A stretch of 40,629 bases of DNA from Pseudobdellovibrionaceae bacterium (GTDB taxonomy: Bacteria > Bdellovibrionota > Bdellovibrionia > Bdellovibrionales > UBA1609). Location: the NCBI GenBank assembly GCA_030591685.1, contig JAUVAX010000019.1, positions 1 to 40,629 on the forward strand. Reading direction: 5' to 3'. The position numbers were made by a program, and so were the translations under genes. The notes below the pieces were generated by a model that worked only from the letters and a program-made list of their open reading frames with translations, had not been told where the DNA came from and searched no databases. This document shows positions 1 to 9,809 of this stretch, one piece after another (the first letter of the stretch is position 1; each line of letters starts with the position of its first letter).

Positions 1-789
1 AGCCGAAAGCCCAAGCTCAGACCCTCCCATCATCGTAGGTAAAATGAGAAGGCTAGAGCCCTCAATTTGCACCATTGGTTCATTAGAGTTTTTTAACTGT
101 ATAACTATTCGAGCAATTTTACTGCCCGACTCTTGGTAAGCATTCACACCATTAAATGCAGAGTTTCTAAAGTCTTTTGTAATTAATGGCCTTTTGGCCT
201 CTTCAGGCAAATTTGCATTGGCGATCTCTACAACGAACTGATTGGTCTGAGCATTTAAGCGCGTTTGATAAACGGGCTCACCTGAAGTTTTAATAACGAC
301 AGTCCCCCCAGATTTGTTACTTTCATAAGTGATTTTATTTACATCTATCGGCTCAGCCGTTGCAAATCCCTCGGGAGCCTCAGCACCCATTTCTTCATCC
401 GGCGCCTCCACATCTAACGGGGCCTCGTCCTCAACAGCAGCCTGTTGATCAGACTCTTCCTGAAACGGATCCGCTTGGTCATCAAGCCCTTCATCTTCAA
501 CAGTGGACTCCTCCTCGGCTAATTCATCCTCATCACCTTCAGTTATTTCATCTTCAAAGGAGTCTTCATCTCCTTCCTCGGCTAACTCATCTTCGTCGGA
601 CTCAGAGTCATCATCAAAAGAGCCCTCATCGTTGCTGGCATCGCTCTCTGAGTCTTCACCTTCTCCCCAGTCTTCGTCCGCCAATAACTGGTTTAACTCT
701 GTATCTTCTGGTTTTTCATTAGATGCACAGTTCACAAAAACCGCACAAAGCATAAACACCGTCAGTGCTCTTATAAGATATCGATTCAT
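1..789 (-). CDS. pilQ: Type IV pilus secretin PilQ, N-terminal part (runs off the window edge): lipoprotein-type signal, long acidic linker, AMIN-like domain
   Basis: Not in the ORF track. Read by hand from ATG at 789 (ATGA overlap with the pilP stop): MNRYLIRALTVFMLCAVFVNCASNEKPED..., an Asp/Glu-rich tract, then IDVNKITYESNKSGGTVVIKTSGEPVYQ...QFVVEIANANLPEE...IARIVIQLK (AMIN-like). Open to position 1. Follows pilMNOP. The secretin domain is outside the window. Confidence 0.8.
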   Translation of the reverse strand, partial: MNRYLIRALTVFMLCAVFVNCASNEKPEDTELNQLLADEDWGEGEDSESDASNDEGSFDDDSESDEDELAEEGDEDSFEDEITEGDEDELAEEESTVEDEGLDDQADPFQEESDQQAAVEDEAPLDVEAPDEEMGAEAPEGFATAEPIDVNKITYESNKSGGTVVIKTSGEPVYQTRLNAQTNQFVVEIANANLPEEAKRPLITKDFRNSAFNGVNAYQESGSKIARIVIQLKNSNEPMVQIEGSSLLILPTMMGGSELGLSA

Positions 790-1391
790 CCTCGACCCTC
801 TTTGTCTTTATTAGTTGCTAATCTCATAACCTTTGTTGAGTAAATGAGTTCACCGTTTTTCTCTGTTGTTTCAACAACGATAATCTCACCCTCTCTAATC
901 ACAGCAATATATCCTTGATTTCGACCTATTCTCTCATCTTTACCAAGCACATGAACTTTTTTAGTGGGGTCTAAAAACATGGCCCTAGGGTTTTTAACAT
1001 TCCACACTATTCCAATTAATTTAATTTCATTAAGATCATACCTTTCTAGGGGCAATAACGGTCGAGGCTGCGCCCCATGAGCTGCGTCAAGAGAGGCCTC
1101 ATCACCAATTCTAACAAATGGGTCTCTCCGGCCTATTGGATCGTAGTTATAGGGCTCTAAAAATAATATGTAGTCATCTTCTTGTACTCCCGTAACCTGC
1201 AATCCAATTTCTTTAATTGTTCCCTCATCATTATTTATTTTACTAGACCTAATTTTAGCATCTAGGTCTTCAGCTGGTTGAGAAAATGAGGGCTGGATTA
1301 AATAAGTCGACACATAAAACGCAGCGCCAACACTTCCAAAGCCTACAAGTGCGTATACTAATAATAATTTATATGAAGCCACCACATTCAT
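786..1391 (-). CDS. pilP: Type IV pilus assembly protein PilP
   Basis: Motifs YDPIGRRDPF, PLERYDLNEIKLIGIVW and IGRNQGYIAVI are typical of PilP; follows pilO. Confidence 0.9.
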   Translation of the reverse strand: MNVVASYKLLLVYALVGFGSVGAAFYVSTYLIQPSFSQPAEDLDAKIRSSKINNDEGTIKEIGLQVTGVQEDDYILFLEPYNYDPIGRRDPFVRIGDEASLDAAHGAQPRPLLPLERYDLNEIKLIGIVWNVKNPRAMFLDPTKKVHVLGKDERIGRNQGYIAVIREGEIIVVETTEKNGELIYSTKVMRLATNKDKEGRG

Positions 1392-1975
1392 CGCCGCAAA
1401 CCGCCTGACTTATCTTTTATGTACCTATAACCAATAAATGTTCCTGAAAAACTGACAGCTGAGGGCTCTCCTTTAATTTTTGCCCCTACAGTAGACAAAG
1501 TCATTTTATCCATCACAATAACTTTATTAATTTTAGTTAAATTCGAGAGAAATAAAATAATTTGAGAATAAGCACCCTTAAGGCGTACAGTAACTTTTAT
1601 TTCTTCATAAAAACTAAACTTTTCACCCCCCCCTACACTTTTTAACGAGGTCACTTCAGCTCCCACACTTCTAGCTTCAGTAGAAATAATTTTTTGCTGA
1701 TCATTTACATTAAATTTTTCGGGTATATATTGAAGTAATTTATCAAACTTAGCCCCTAGTTTATTCATTGTGACTATGAACCCTTGAATCTCTCGGATTT
1801 CTTTTTTTAATTTAATAATTTCGGTTGTATTTTTTTGTACCTGAACATTCAGGTTTTCTATTTGGTTCTCTTTTATAGAGCCATCGTCATACATAGTGAC
1901 ATAAAAAATAGCGCCCAATATAATGCTATATAAAAATGCTTTTGAATTATCTAGTCTTTCCAAAAACTCTGTCAA
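1388..1975 (-). CDS. pilO: Type IV pilus inner-membrane protein PilO
   Basis: N-terminal TM, coiled coil, then FYEEIKVTVRLKGAYSQIILFLSNLTKINKVI (PilO signature); lies between pilN and pilP. Confidence 0.9.
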   Translation of the reverse strand: MTEFLERLDNSKAFLYSIILGAIFYVTMYDDGSIKENQIENLNVQVQKNTTEIIKLKKEIREIQGFIVTMNKLGAKFDKLLQYIPEKFNVNDQQKIISTEARSVGAEVTSLKSVGGGEKFSFYEEIKVTVRLKGAYSQIILFLSNLTKINKVIVMDKMTLSTVGAKIKGEPSAVSFSGTFIGYRYIKDKSGGLRR

Positions 1976-2580
1976 TCTAAGCTCCCCATAACTGATGAAA
2001 CCTCAAAGGCATTCACGGTTCCCTTTCCTTGACCACTCACCTTCTCTGCTTTCAATAAAATAACAGTTTTAAAATACTGGCTCTTATCAAGGTTTTTTAC
2101 GAAAACATCTAATTCTTTATCGTTTATGGCCCCCCCCTTGAGAACAACACTTGTGCCATCATATGTGATTTTATTTAGCCACACACCATCTGGGATGTTG
2201 TCTTGTAAAAAGTCTAGTGCCTTTAGTTCCTTAAGACGTTTTTTTGATAAAGAATCCAGAAGATTTAATTTTTCATTTAATTTTTTTATTTCGTTCTGTA
2301 ACTCACTTGATTTTCCGGCCTCGACCCTCAGCTTAGTAATGTCAGCGGCCCCTCTAGAGATTTTTGCATTTTTTTGACGAATAACATCATCTAAGTTTCC
2401 AATATTATACACTTGATAGCCATATAAACATCCTGAGACCAATAAGATGAGCACAACTTTAACAATAGTTTCTGATTCGTCTGAAAAACCATTCGACGAA
2501 TTATCCGACAAGGAGACCCCGTGTCCGACCTCTAATGATTCAGTGCTTACATGATTAGTGAGTAAATTCGTTTTTATCAT
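1972..2580 (-). CDS. pilN: Type IV pilus assembly protein PilN
   Basis: N-terminal IKTNLL (PilM-binding INLL-like), TM, coiled coil, IPDGVWLNKI...FVKNLDKSQYF PilN domain. Confidence 0.9.
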   Translation of the reverse strand: MIKTNLLTNHVSTESLEVGHGVSLSDNSSNGFSDESETIVKVVLILLVSGCLYGYQVYNIGNLDDVIRQKNAKISRGAADITKLRVEAGKSSELQNEIKKLNEKLNLLDSLSKKRLKELKALDFLQDNIPDGVWLNKITYDGTSVVLKGGAINDKELDVFVKNLDKSQYFKTVILLKAEKVSGQGKGTVNAFEVSSVMGSLD

Positions 2581-3629
2581 GCATCACCGGCCTTTCTCAA
2601 GCCTAAGCCTAAAGCCACTGAAATAAAATCACCGTATTGACTCTTAAAATCAACACCTAGTGATTTACTCACCTTTATATTCAAAAGCGGATTGAAAACT
2701 TCAATTTCAAGCTGTAGTTCTTGAGACAACGCCTCCACTATACCTGGAGTTCGACTGCCTCCGCCGGTTACATAAACTTTAGAAATATTTACGCCTGGAG
2801 TTGTGTTTAAAAAAAACTCCATGCTGCCCTGAATTTCATTACAAAATGTTTCATGAGCGGATTCAATGACCTGACCTAGCTCTTCGGGCATAGATGTATT
2901 ATATGCCGCACTTAATTTTAAAGCCTCTGCTTCATCGTAGCTCATATTCATCGATTTTTGAATTTCAGAAGAGTAAAGATCTCCTCCTACTGAAATATCA
3001 CGACAAAACAGAGTGTCACTTCCGTTAATGACAATGAAGTTTGTGTACTGAGCTCCAATATTTAAAACAACAGTTGGTTCTTTTGGCTTGCCAAGGTTGT
3101 ACTCAAAACAATTAGCCAGCGCAATTCCGTTTACATCTACGATTGAACAGGTTTGACCACTGGACTCAATAATTTCAATGTATTTCATTATTTGATCACG
3201 CCGGGCGGCTATTAATAATATATCCATGGAGTCTTCATCTTCATTGGTGGTACTTAGAAAATGAAAGTCTAGATTTACATCAGAAATTTCAAAGGGGATA
3301 TACTGTTCAGCCTCCCACTTAATTTGCTCTGCAGCGAGTTTTTTATCCATTTTTGGAATACTAATTTTTTTAACGATGACTGAAGGTCCCCACAGGCCCG
3401 TTGCCGTTTGTTTAACTTTAGTCTTAGCCTCTTCACAAACAAAGCGCACAGCCTCAGCTATAGGAAGCACATCTATAATTTCACCACCAGCAATCCCTGT
3501 TTTTGGCGTTTCAACCATAGCAAAATGAGAGAGATGTGCCGTTCGACCAGAGACGTACAGTTCAGCCAGCTTGATAGAGCTAGTTCCTATATCTAATCCA
3601 ACAATTTTCTTAGACTTAAATAGTACCAT
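2577..3629 (-). CDS. pilM: Type IV pilus assembly protein PilM (actin-like)
   Basis: VGLDIGTSSIK, WEAEQYIPF, LNIGAQYT, VTGGGS and a terminal VALGLGLR. Confidence 0.95.
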   Translation of the reverse strand: MVLFKSKKIVGLDIGTSSIKLAELYVSGRTAHLSHFAMVETPKTGIAGGEIIDVLPIAEAVRFVCEEAKTKVKQTATGLWGPSVIVKKISIPKMDKKLAAEQIKWEAEQYIPFEISDVNLDFHFLSTTNEDEDSMDILLIAARRDQIMKYIEIIESSGQTCSIVDVNGIALANCFEYNLGKPKEPTVVLNIGAQYTNFIVINGSDTLFCRDISVGGDLYSSEIQKSMNMSYDEAEALKLSAAYNTSMPEELGQVIESAHETFCNEIQGSMEFFLNTTPGVNISKVYVTGGGSRTPGIVEALSQELQLEIEVFNPLLNIKVSKSLGVDFKSQYGDFISVALGLGLRKAGDA

Positions 3630-3754
3630 CCTGGCCCTTATTAGATGTTTAACTCGAGTACCGCTTAACCCCTCTTTAGCCGCTAACCTAGCAGTACTAC
3701 TTAAGGATAGGAAAAACTTTCCTTATTAAATTAAATCGAACACTTACAGACTTG

Positions 3755-4570
3755 TCAATGTGCTTGAGTCAGGCTTGGAATGAATAAATCCATGTACCAC
3801 TGAGCCAGCTCTTGCCCCCAAAATATATACAATAATGCGGCAAGGGCTAAATAAGGGCCAAAGGGTATTGTTGAACGCATTCCGGCCTTGTTTTTCAAGG
3901 CCACAAACACTCCAAATACAGTGCCAATAATAGATGAAACAAGTATGACAAACGGGACCGAAGTCCAGCCTAAAATAGCCCCAATCCAGGCGAGAAGTTT
4001 GATATCCCCACCCCCCATGCCCTCTTCCTTTCTAATCAAATAGTAAATATAAGCCACTGCCCATAAAAAACCACCGCCAAACAGGACTCCCCAAACAGCC
4101 GGCATGAGTTCGCGGGCGGGGTTCAAAATGCCCCCCAAAAGCCCAAGAACAACTCCTGAGAGCGTAAAACTATCAGGCAAAATCATATGGTCTAAATCTA
4201 TAAAACTCACCACGACCAAGCCAAAGCTAAAAATTAAATACTCTAATAAAAGCCATGACCATCCTACTTTCAAATACATTCCACAAAACAAAGCGCCCAT
4301 AAGCAGTTCGACTAAGGGGTAACGCCAGTGAATTTTAGCTTTACAGTTTCTACATTTTGCACCTAATAAAACCCATGAAATAACGGGGATAAGGTCAAAC
4401 CAACGGATACTTTTTTCGCACTTTGGACACTTGCTTCTTGGTTTCACTACGCTCATATTTTTAGGTAGCCTAAGAATAATCACATTCGCAAAACTTCCAA
4501 ACAACAAACCATAACAAAACAGTAATACCGATGTGAACACAACAGAATCAAAAACTGAGAGGTCAGCCAA
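3755..4570 (-). CDS. pilD: Prepilin peptidase / N-methyltransferase PilD
   Basis: GSFANVIILRLP, zinc motifs CPKC and CRNC, catalytic Asp motifs FIDLDH and GMGGGDIKL, IPFGPYL. TTG start. Confidence 0.95.
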   Translation of the reverse strand: MADLSVFDSVVFTSVLLFCYGLLFGSFANVIILRLPKNMSVVKPRSKCPKCEKSIRWFDLIPVISWVLLGAKCRNCKAKIHWRYPLVELLMGALFCGMYLKVGWSWLLLEYLIFSFGLVVVSFIDLDHMILPDSFTLSGVVLGLLGGILNPARELMPAVWGVLFGGGFLWAVAYIYYLIRKEEGMGGGDIKLLAWIGAILGWTSVPFVILVSSIIGTVFGVFVALKNKAGMRSTIPFGPYLALAALLYIFWGQELAQWYMDLFIPSLTQAH

Positions 4571-5330
4571 AATCTTTTCTCCTTAATACTAAAGCCGTTA
4601 AAGTTACTAAAAAACTAAACCATGCCAATGAGTATATGGATGCCGATAAAATTTCGGTAATAAAAATATCATCATTGTATAAAAATAAACTTCTCCAGTT
4701 AAATTTTTCTAGATTGGGAAAAATAATATTAATGATATTTGCAAACCCCATAAAAAATTCAGATTCACTTTTAGAGGCAAAAAATTTTAAATCCCCCAGC
4801 CAGTGGCCTATTAAAAAAACTCCCCCAGTAAAACAAACCACCATGATGGGCCTAGAGAAACTACTAAAAAAAAGGCTTAATCCTAATAGCAAAAAAGATT
4901 CCAAAAAAATGCCATATAAGCCGACTAAAAACAGGTACGTCACCTCAAGCCCTAAGCCATTAAAAATTAATAACATCACTCCGGCCAGGCCCGTAATCAC
5001 AACTGTAATAACAGCTGCAAGGCCCAGTGATTTGCCAATTAAAAACTGAACCCTTGTTAGCGGACGAACCAAAATAGTTAAAATTGTCTTTTTGTCTATT
5101 TCTTTTGACACGAGTGTGCTACCTACAAAAATAGCCAAAAAAACGGCACTTATGTGAGCCCCTGTAAATCCGAAGTTTGCTGATATTCGCGCTTGCTCTG
5201 AAAACGTCAACTGGCCCAGGACAAGGCTTACGCCCACTAAACCGAGAGCAAAAACAATAAGTCCATATAAAATACGATCCCTTATGATTTCTCTAAATGT
5301 ATTTCGGGCAATTAATAATATTACATTCAC
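4563..5330 (-). CDS. pilI: ABC-2 type permease, PilI-like, pilus-associated
   Basis: IARNTFREIIRDR, KEIDKKTILTILVRPLTRVQFLIGK, about 6 TM helices, terminal RRKDF; lies between the ABC ATPase and pilD as in Myxococcus-type pil clusters. GTG start. Confidence 0.75.
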   Translation of the reverse strand: MNVILLIARNTFREIIRDRILYGLIVFALGLVGVSLVLGQLTFSEQARISANFGFTGAHISAVFLAIFVGSTLVSKEIDKKTILTILVRPLTRVQFLIGKSLGLAAVITVVITGLAGVMLLIFNGLGLEVTYLFLVGLYGIFLESFLLLGLSLFFSSFSRPIMVVCFTGGVFLIGHWLGDLKFFASKSESEFFMGFANIINIIFPNLEKFNWRSLFLYNDDIFITEILSASIYSLAWFSFLVTLTALVLRRKDFG

Positions 5331-6220
5331 GACTTCGCCCCCTTCATGGCCATAGATATAAAGGCTTGCTCCAGGCTTATCAATTCAGGTTCGACGGATA
5401 ATATTTCAAATTTTTCTTTAAGAAGGGCGGACAGCTTTATTGTTAACTCAGCCCCTGCTTTAACCATTTCAATGTTTTTAGCCCCTGCTTTTTGGTAAGT
5501 GATTTTCAACTGAGAATTCATTTTACTTATTAACTGCTCTGTTTTACCTTCAAAAATCACAACCCCATCTTTTAAAATAACTAAGTTTTCACAAAGCTTT
5601 TCAGTGTCATAAAGTAAATGACTACTAAAAAAAATAGCCGTGCCCTCCCTAGCTGTTTCATTGATCAGTTCACTTAAGTAGTACCGACCATCGGGGTCAA
5701 GGCCGGCCATGGGCTCATCTAATACAATAAATTCGGGCCTGTGCACAAGGGCCTGAGCTATGCCAATTTTTTGCAACATGCCCTTTGAGTACTCTCGAAG
5801 AGTTTTATTTTTAGAGTCGTATAAATCTACTTTTTTTAACAAAAAATCGATTCTTTGTTTTAAATCTAATCTTTTTTTAAATTTCCCTGAAATATCCCCG
5901 TAAAATTTTAAAAATTCTTCACCGGTTAAATAATCATAAAAATAAGGTCTTTCTGGTAAAAAGCCAATTCGTGATTTAGTTTCTGAGGTTAAAGACTGAC
6001 CGTTAAAATAATTAATTTGCCCTGAATCCGGAAAGGCGAGACCTAGAATACACTTCATAGTGGTGGTTTTACCAGCACCATTGCCCCCTAAAAACCCAGT
6101 AATCGTACTGGGCTGAAGTGTAAAACTCACACCCTTTAATACAGTTTGTTTTTTAGGTATAAAGCCCTTTTTATAGGATTTTACTAAGTTTTGTACCTGA
6201 ATAATTGACACTGGCCTCAA
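5327..6220 (-). CDS. pilH: ABC transporter ATP-binding protein, PilH-like
   Basis: Walker A GGNGAGKTT, signature YSKGM, Walker B IVLDEP, H-loop SSH. The true start may be GTG at 6211. Confidence 0.8.
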   Translation of the reverse strand: MRPVSIIQVQNLVKSYKKGFIPKKQTVLKGVSFTLQPSTITGFLGGNGAGKTTTMKCILGLAFPDSGQINYFNGQSLTSETKSRIGFLPERPYFYDYLTGEEFLKFYGDISGKFKKRLDLKQRIDFLLKKVDLYDSKNKTLREYSKGMLQKIGIAQALVHRPEFIVLDEPMAGLDPDGRYYLSELINETAREGTAIFFSSHLLYDTEKLCENLVILKDGVVIFEGKTEQLISKMNSQLKITYQKAGAKNIEMVKAGAELTIKLSALLKEKFEILSVEPELISLEQAFISMAMKGAKS

Positions 6221-6398
6221 GCCCCCTCTTTAGCTTTTGTATGATTTCAACATAAAAAACAAAGGCAGGTCAATTTGTTCGTGCCCGTGGCAAAAGAATA
6301 GACCTCCGGAGGCGCAAGTACTTTAAATACTAAAATTTTAAACACGCATGGGGAGTTTAGTGACGCTTTAAGCTTAAGCCTAATGGGATTTGTGGATC

Positions 6399-6436
6399 TA
6401 AGAAACCCTTACTCTAGGGCTAATAAGGGTTTTTTA
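6399..6436 (-). terminator. Probable intrinsic terminator of the nuo operon
   Basis: 9-bp inverted repeat AAACCCTTA (6403-6411) / TAAGGGTTT (6424-6432), about 30 nt after the nuoI stop, with A/T-rich flanks. Confidence 0.55.
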
Positions 6437-6461
6437 CGAATCTCTTTAGAAAAGCTACTCT

Positions 6462-6986
6462 TTATATCCCCGCGTGATGGCGCTCTTCATCATCAACACG
6501 AGAGAGCACACCACCTTTTAGATTCGCACGGTAAGCTAACTTTTGAATATCATAATGAAAATCTTGATGCCCGAGGCCAGGAGTTTGCCACTCCGGACCC
6601 ATGCGAATAGCATCTACAGGGCAGGCCTCTTCGCAAAACCCACAAAAAACACATCTCAAGATATCGATTTCATAAGAGATGGGATATTTCTCTACAGTGG
6701 GGTCCTCATGCTCGGCCGCTGCAATTGTAATACAGTTTGCCGGACAATTTGTGGCACACAACATACACGCCGTGCACCTCACCGAACCGTCTTTTTTAAC
6801 CGTTAATACGTGGTTGCCCTTAAACCGGGGCCCATACTCGTATTTTTCTTCGGGGTAATTTACCGTTGGCATTTTGTCTTTATTAAAAATATTGATCACC
6901 ATAGTTTTTAAAGTAAACCATAGGCCGCTGAATATACCAATGAGGTACCAGTTAGCTTTCCAATCAGGCTTTTTAACAATACTCAT
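6462..6986 (-). CDS. nuoI: NADH-quinone oxidoreductase subunit I
   Basis: TVNYPEEK; two [4Fe-4S] motifs CTACMLCATNCP and CVFCGFCEEACPVDAI. Confidence 0.95.
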   Translation of the reverse strand: MSIVKKPDWKANWYLIGIFSGLWFTLKTMVINIFNKDKMPTVNYPEEKYEYGPRFKGNHVLTVKKDGSVRCTACMLCATNCPANCITIAAAEHEDPTVEKYPISYEIDILRCVFCGFCEEACPVDAIRMGPEWQTPGLGHQDFHYDIQKLAYRANLKGGVLSRVDDEERHHAGI

Positions 6987-8533
6987 TATAACTCCCCTGA
7001 TTTATTAACAAAAAAGTTAGTCTTCATGGCCTTTTGTGGCCCAACTGGCTTTGTTAAAATACTTTCACCAGACATTAACGTCACAGAGTCACTTAAGCTT
7101 AAAGCTCCACGAACAATCGTAGTCACCTTGTGCGAGCTCTGGTGAGTCCCCTTGTAATTAACGTAAGTGCCTGACTTTTCGGCATATGTTTTAGTCGGTA
7201 TCACAAGGGTGTGCTTACTTGTCGCCGCACTCACTGGGCCAGCAGAGAACCAAATAAGATTACTGGCCTGACTAAAGAGACTTGCCCTTTCATTAAAGTC
7301 CGGGTAAACAGCTTGGTTTTCTGGACCAGCCACCACAATGGTCTTTATTGTATTGGACTTAATGGCCCCCTCTAGGTCTGACATATTAGTTTGGATACTA
7401 TATTTTTTCATAATTTCTTTTAGTCCGTATGTATTTGGATTTTTATCGCCTCTTAAAAGCAGGCCATCAAAGTCATCCATGGTGTCTGAGTTGTTCACCC
7501 AATGATATATGTTTTTAACTTTTAATTTATTAACCATATAATCAAATAAGCTCTCGTACTCTTCGTTTGTATATTGGCCTGTAACGACAACTCCTACACT
7601 TTCGGGGCCATTGACCTTGGTCAGTTCCTTAAGCTTCTCGCCCGCTAATTGGGCGGCCTTTCCGGCACTTAACGGCTCTGCTTGGCCCTCAGTAACAGAC
7701 TGAGCTTCAAGTAACCTGAAGTCTTTGTTTACAAATTTATAAACGTCCCGGCCCTGATCACACATCCAGTAACCATTGATGTCTTCGTTAAACTCAGGCT
7801 TAACCCTAAATAGTCCCTCTTCGTTATAATAAACCTTAACATTGCAACCCGTTGAGCAGCCCGTGCATATTGTAGACTGGTTTTTCAAATACCAAACCCT
7901 CTGCCTAAATCGAAAATCTTTACTTGTTAAGGCTCCTACGGGACAAATATCTACAGTGTTCAAGGCGTAATCGTTCTCAAGCGGCTTGTCTTCAAAAGTA
8001 CCCACTTCACTACGGTCACCTCGGTTAAAAATACCCAGCTCGTTAGTTTTTGAAACCTCGTCTGTAAAACGAACACAGCGAGAACAAAGTATACACCTCT
8101 CAGTGTCGAGGACTATCTTTGAACCCAAATCAACAACTTTACGTTTTTTAACTTTTTTTTCTGCCATTTCAGGGTCGTACTGACCAAACTTCATGTATTG
8201 AATTTGCAGTTCACACTCGCCCGCTTGATCACATATAGGGCAATCTAAGGGATGGTTAATTAAATGAAAATCAAGCCCCCACTTAACGGCATCTTTAACT
8301 TGCTCGTCTTCATTTGAGATCTCCATGCCCTCTTGCACCGGAGTATTGCAAGCAATTTGTAACCTTGGGTTATCACCAATTTTTACCATACACAAACGGC
8401 AAACCCCAGCTACTGAGAGACCTGGGTGATAGCAGTAATGTGCTACATCATAGTCGGCCTGCTTAATGGCATCTATAACAAGTGTGCCCTGTTTAACTTT
8501 GATTTCTTTACCGTTCACTTTACAGTTGAGCAT
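6986..8533 (-). CDS. nuoG: NADH-quinone oxidoreductase subunit G (short, 515 aa)
   Basis: CYHPGLSVAGVCRLC (N1b), HPLDCPICDQAGEC (N5), CILCSRC...DICPVGAL (N4), CTGCSTGC...WMCD (N7-type). Confidence 0.95.
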   Translation of the reverse strand: MLNCKVNGKEIKVKQGTLVIDAIKQADYDVAHYCYHPGLSVAGVCRLCMVKIGDNPRLQIACNTPVQEGMEISNEDEQVKDAVKWGLDFHLINHPLDCPICDQAGECELQIQYMKFGQYDPEMAEKKVKKRKVVDLGSKIVLDTERCILCSRCVRFTDEVSKTNELGIFNRGDRSEVGTFEDKPLENDYALNTVDICPVGALTSKDFRFRQRVWYLKNQSTICTGCSTGCNVKVYYNEEGLFRVKPEFNEDINGYWMCDQGRDVYKFVNKDFRLLEAQSVTEGQAEPLSAGKAAQLAGEKLKELTKVNGPESVGVVVTGQYTNEEYESLFDYMVNKLKVKNIYHWVNNSDTMDDFDGLLLRGDKNPNTYGLKEIMKKYSIQTNMSDLEGAIKSNTIKTIVVAGPENQAVYPDFNERASLFSQASNLIWFSAGPVSAATSKHTLVIPTKTYAEKSGTYVNYKGTHQSSHKVTTIVRGALSLSDSVTLMSGESILTKPVGPQKAMKTNFFVNKSGEL

Positions 8534-9806
8534 CGGTGACTCCTTTAACCTTTGAACGACCTTCTCTTACATAAAATTCAAATTCATTTCTAAACTTTTG
8601 TATAAAAGCTCTTGCTGGCATAGCGGCCGCATCTGAAAGTGCGCAAATTGTACGACCCATCATGCGAGACGCCACCTCATCAACAAGATCAATATCTTGC
8701 AGACGGCCGGTGCCCGAAGAGATACTGGATACAACCTTATGAAGCCATCCCGTACCCTCCCGACAAGGGGTGCACTGACCACAAGACTCATGGTGATAAA
8801 AATGCATAATTACATTCAACATATCCACCATACAGTTAGAATCATCTATTATTATCACGGCACCTGAGCCCAGCATACTACCCAGTTGAGCTAAGCTCTC
8901 GTAGTCCATATTTGCTTTTTGGCACTCTTCGGCGGTTAAAACAGGGGCCGAAGACCCTCCGGGTATAACGGCCTTTAACTTGCGACCGGGCTTTAAACCA
9001 CCACACTCGTTGTTAATTAAATCCATTAACGGATAACCCAAAGGCACTTCGTAAGTCCCAGGTTTGTTAATATTACCACTCACTGAAAAAAGTTTGGTCC
9101 CTGCTGACTTTTCGGTCCCATACTTTCGGTACCCATCAACGCCATCACGAAGTATATAAATAACTGAGGCTAAGGTCTCTACGTTGTTTACAATTGTTGG
9201 CTTACCCAAGTAGCCCTTAATGGCCGGAAACGGTGGTTTTAATTTGGGCTGACCCTTTAAACCCTCTAAAGAAGAAATCATCCCCGTTTCTTCACCACAA
9301 ATATAAGCACCAGCGCCCCTATAGATATCTAAATCAAAATCAAAACCAGAGTCTAAAATATTTTTACCCAGCAACCCGGCGTCATAAGCCTCTTTAATGG
9401 CCTGTTCTAAAACTTTTGCAGCATATGAATATTCGCCCCTTATGTATATATAACCTTTATGAGAGTTCACTGCAAAAGCAGAGATAATCATGCCCTCGAT
9501 AAGTTGGTGAGGGGCTCGTTCCATCATTTTTCGATCTTTAAATGTACCGGGCTCTCCCTCGTCAGCGTTACAAAGTAAGTAGCGCTCTTCTCCATTATCA
9601 GGTAAAAAGCCCCACTTAACACCTGTTGGAAAGCCGGCTCCGCCGCGCCCTCTCAAGCCAGAGCTTTTTACCTCATCAATAATTTGTTGAGGCGACATTT
9701 TAAATGCTTTTTTTAGCATTTTATAGCCATCAAATTTTTTATACCCCTCAAGGCTTATAAACTCGTCCTTGTCGTAATGTTCTGTAATAATTTTTACTTC
9801 AGCCAT
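8520..9806 (-). CDS. nuoF: NADH-quinone oxidoreductase subunit F
   Basis: SGLRGRGGAGFPTGVKW, NADEGEPGTFKDR, GAGAYICGEET, ESCGQCTPCREG. Confidence 0.97.
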   Translation of the reverse strand: MAEVKIITEHYDKDEFISLEGYKKFDGYKMLKKAFKMSPQQIIDEVKSSGLRGRGGAGFPTGVKWGFLPDNGEERYLLCNADEGEPGTFKDRKMMERAPHQLIEGMIISAFAVNSHKGYIYIRGEYSYAAKVLEQAIKEAYDAGLLGKNILDSGFDFDLDIYRGAGAYICGEETGMISSLEGLKGQPKLKPPFPAIKGYLGKPTIVNNVETLASVIYILRDGVDGYRKYGTEKSAGTKLFSVSGNINKPGTYEVPLGYPLMDLINNECGGLKPGRKLKAVIPGGSSAPVLTAEECQKANMDYESLAQLGSMLGSGAVIIIDDSNCMVDMLNVIMHFYHHESCGQCTPCREGTGWLHKVVSSISSGTGRLQDIDLVDEVASRMMGRTICALSDAAAMPARAFIQKFRNEFEFYVREGRSKVKGVTDAQL

Positions 9807-9809
9807 ATA

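Noticed and set aside
360..814. Plus-strand ORFs 360-722 (His/Leu/Pro-rich) and 503-814 (Ser-rich)
   Set aside because: Antisense shadows of the Asp/Glu codons in the pilQ linker.
6268..6290. Possible sigma54 promoter (GGGCAC...TTG) upstream of pilH
   Set aside because: The -24/-12 spacing is wrong and the GC dinucleotide is missing.
6383..6610. 75-aa plus-strand ORF
   Set aside because: Overlaps nuoI antisense and runs through the terminator hairpin; no recognisable features.
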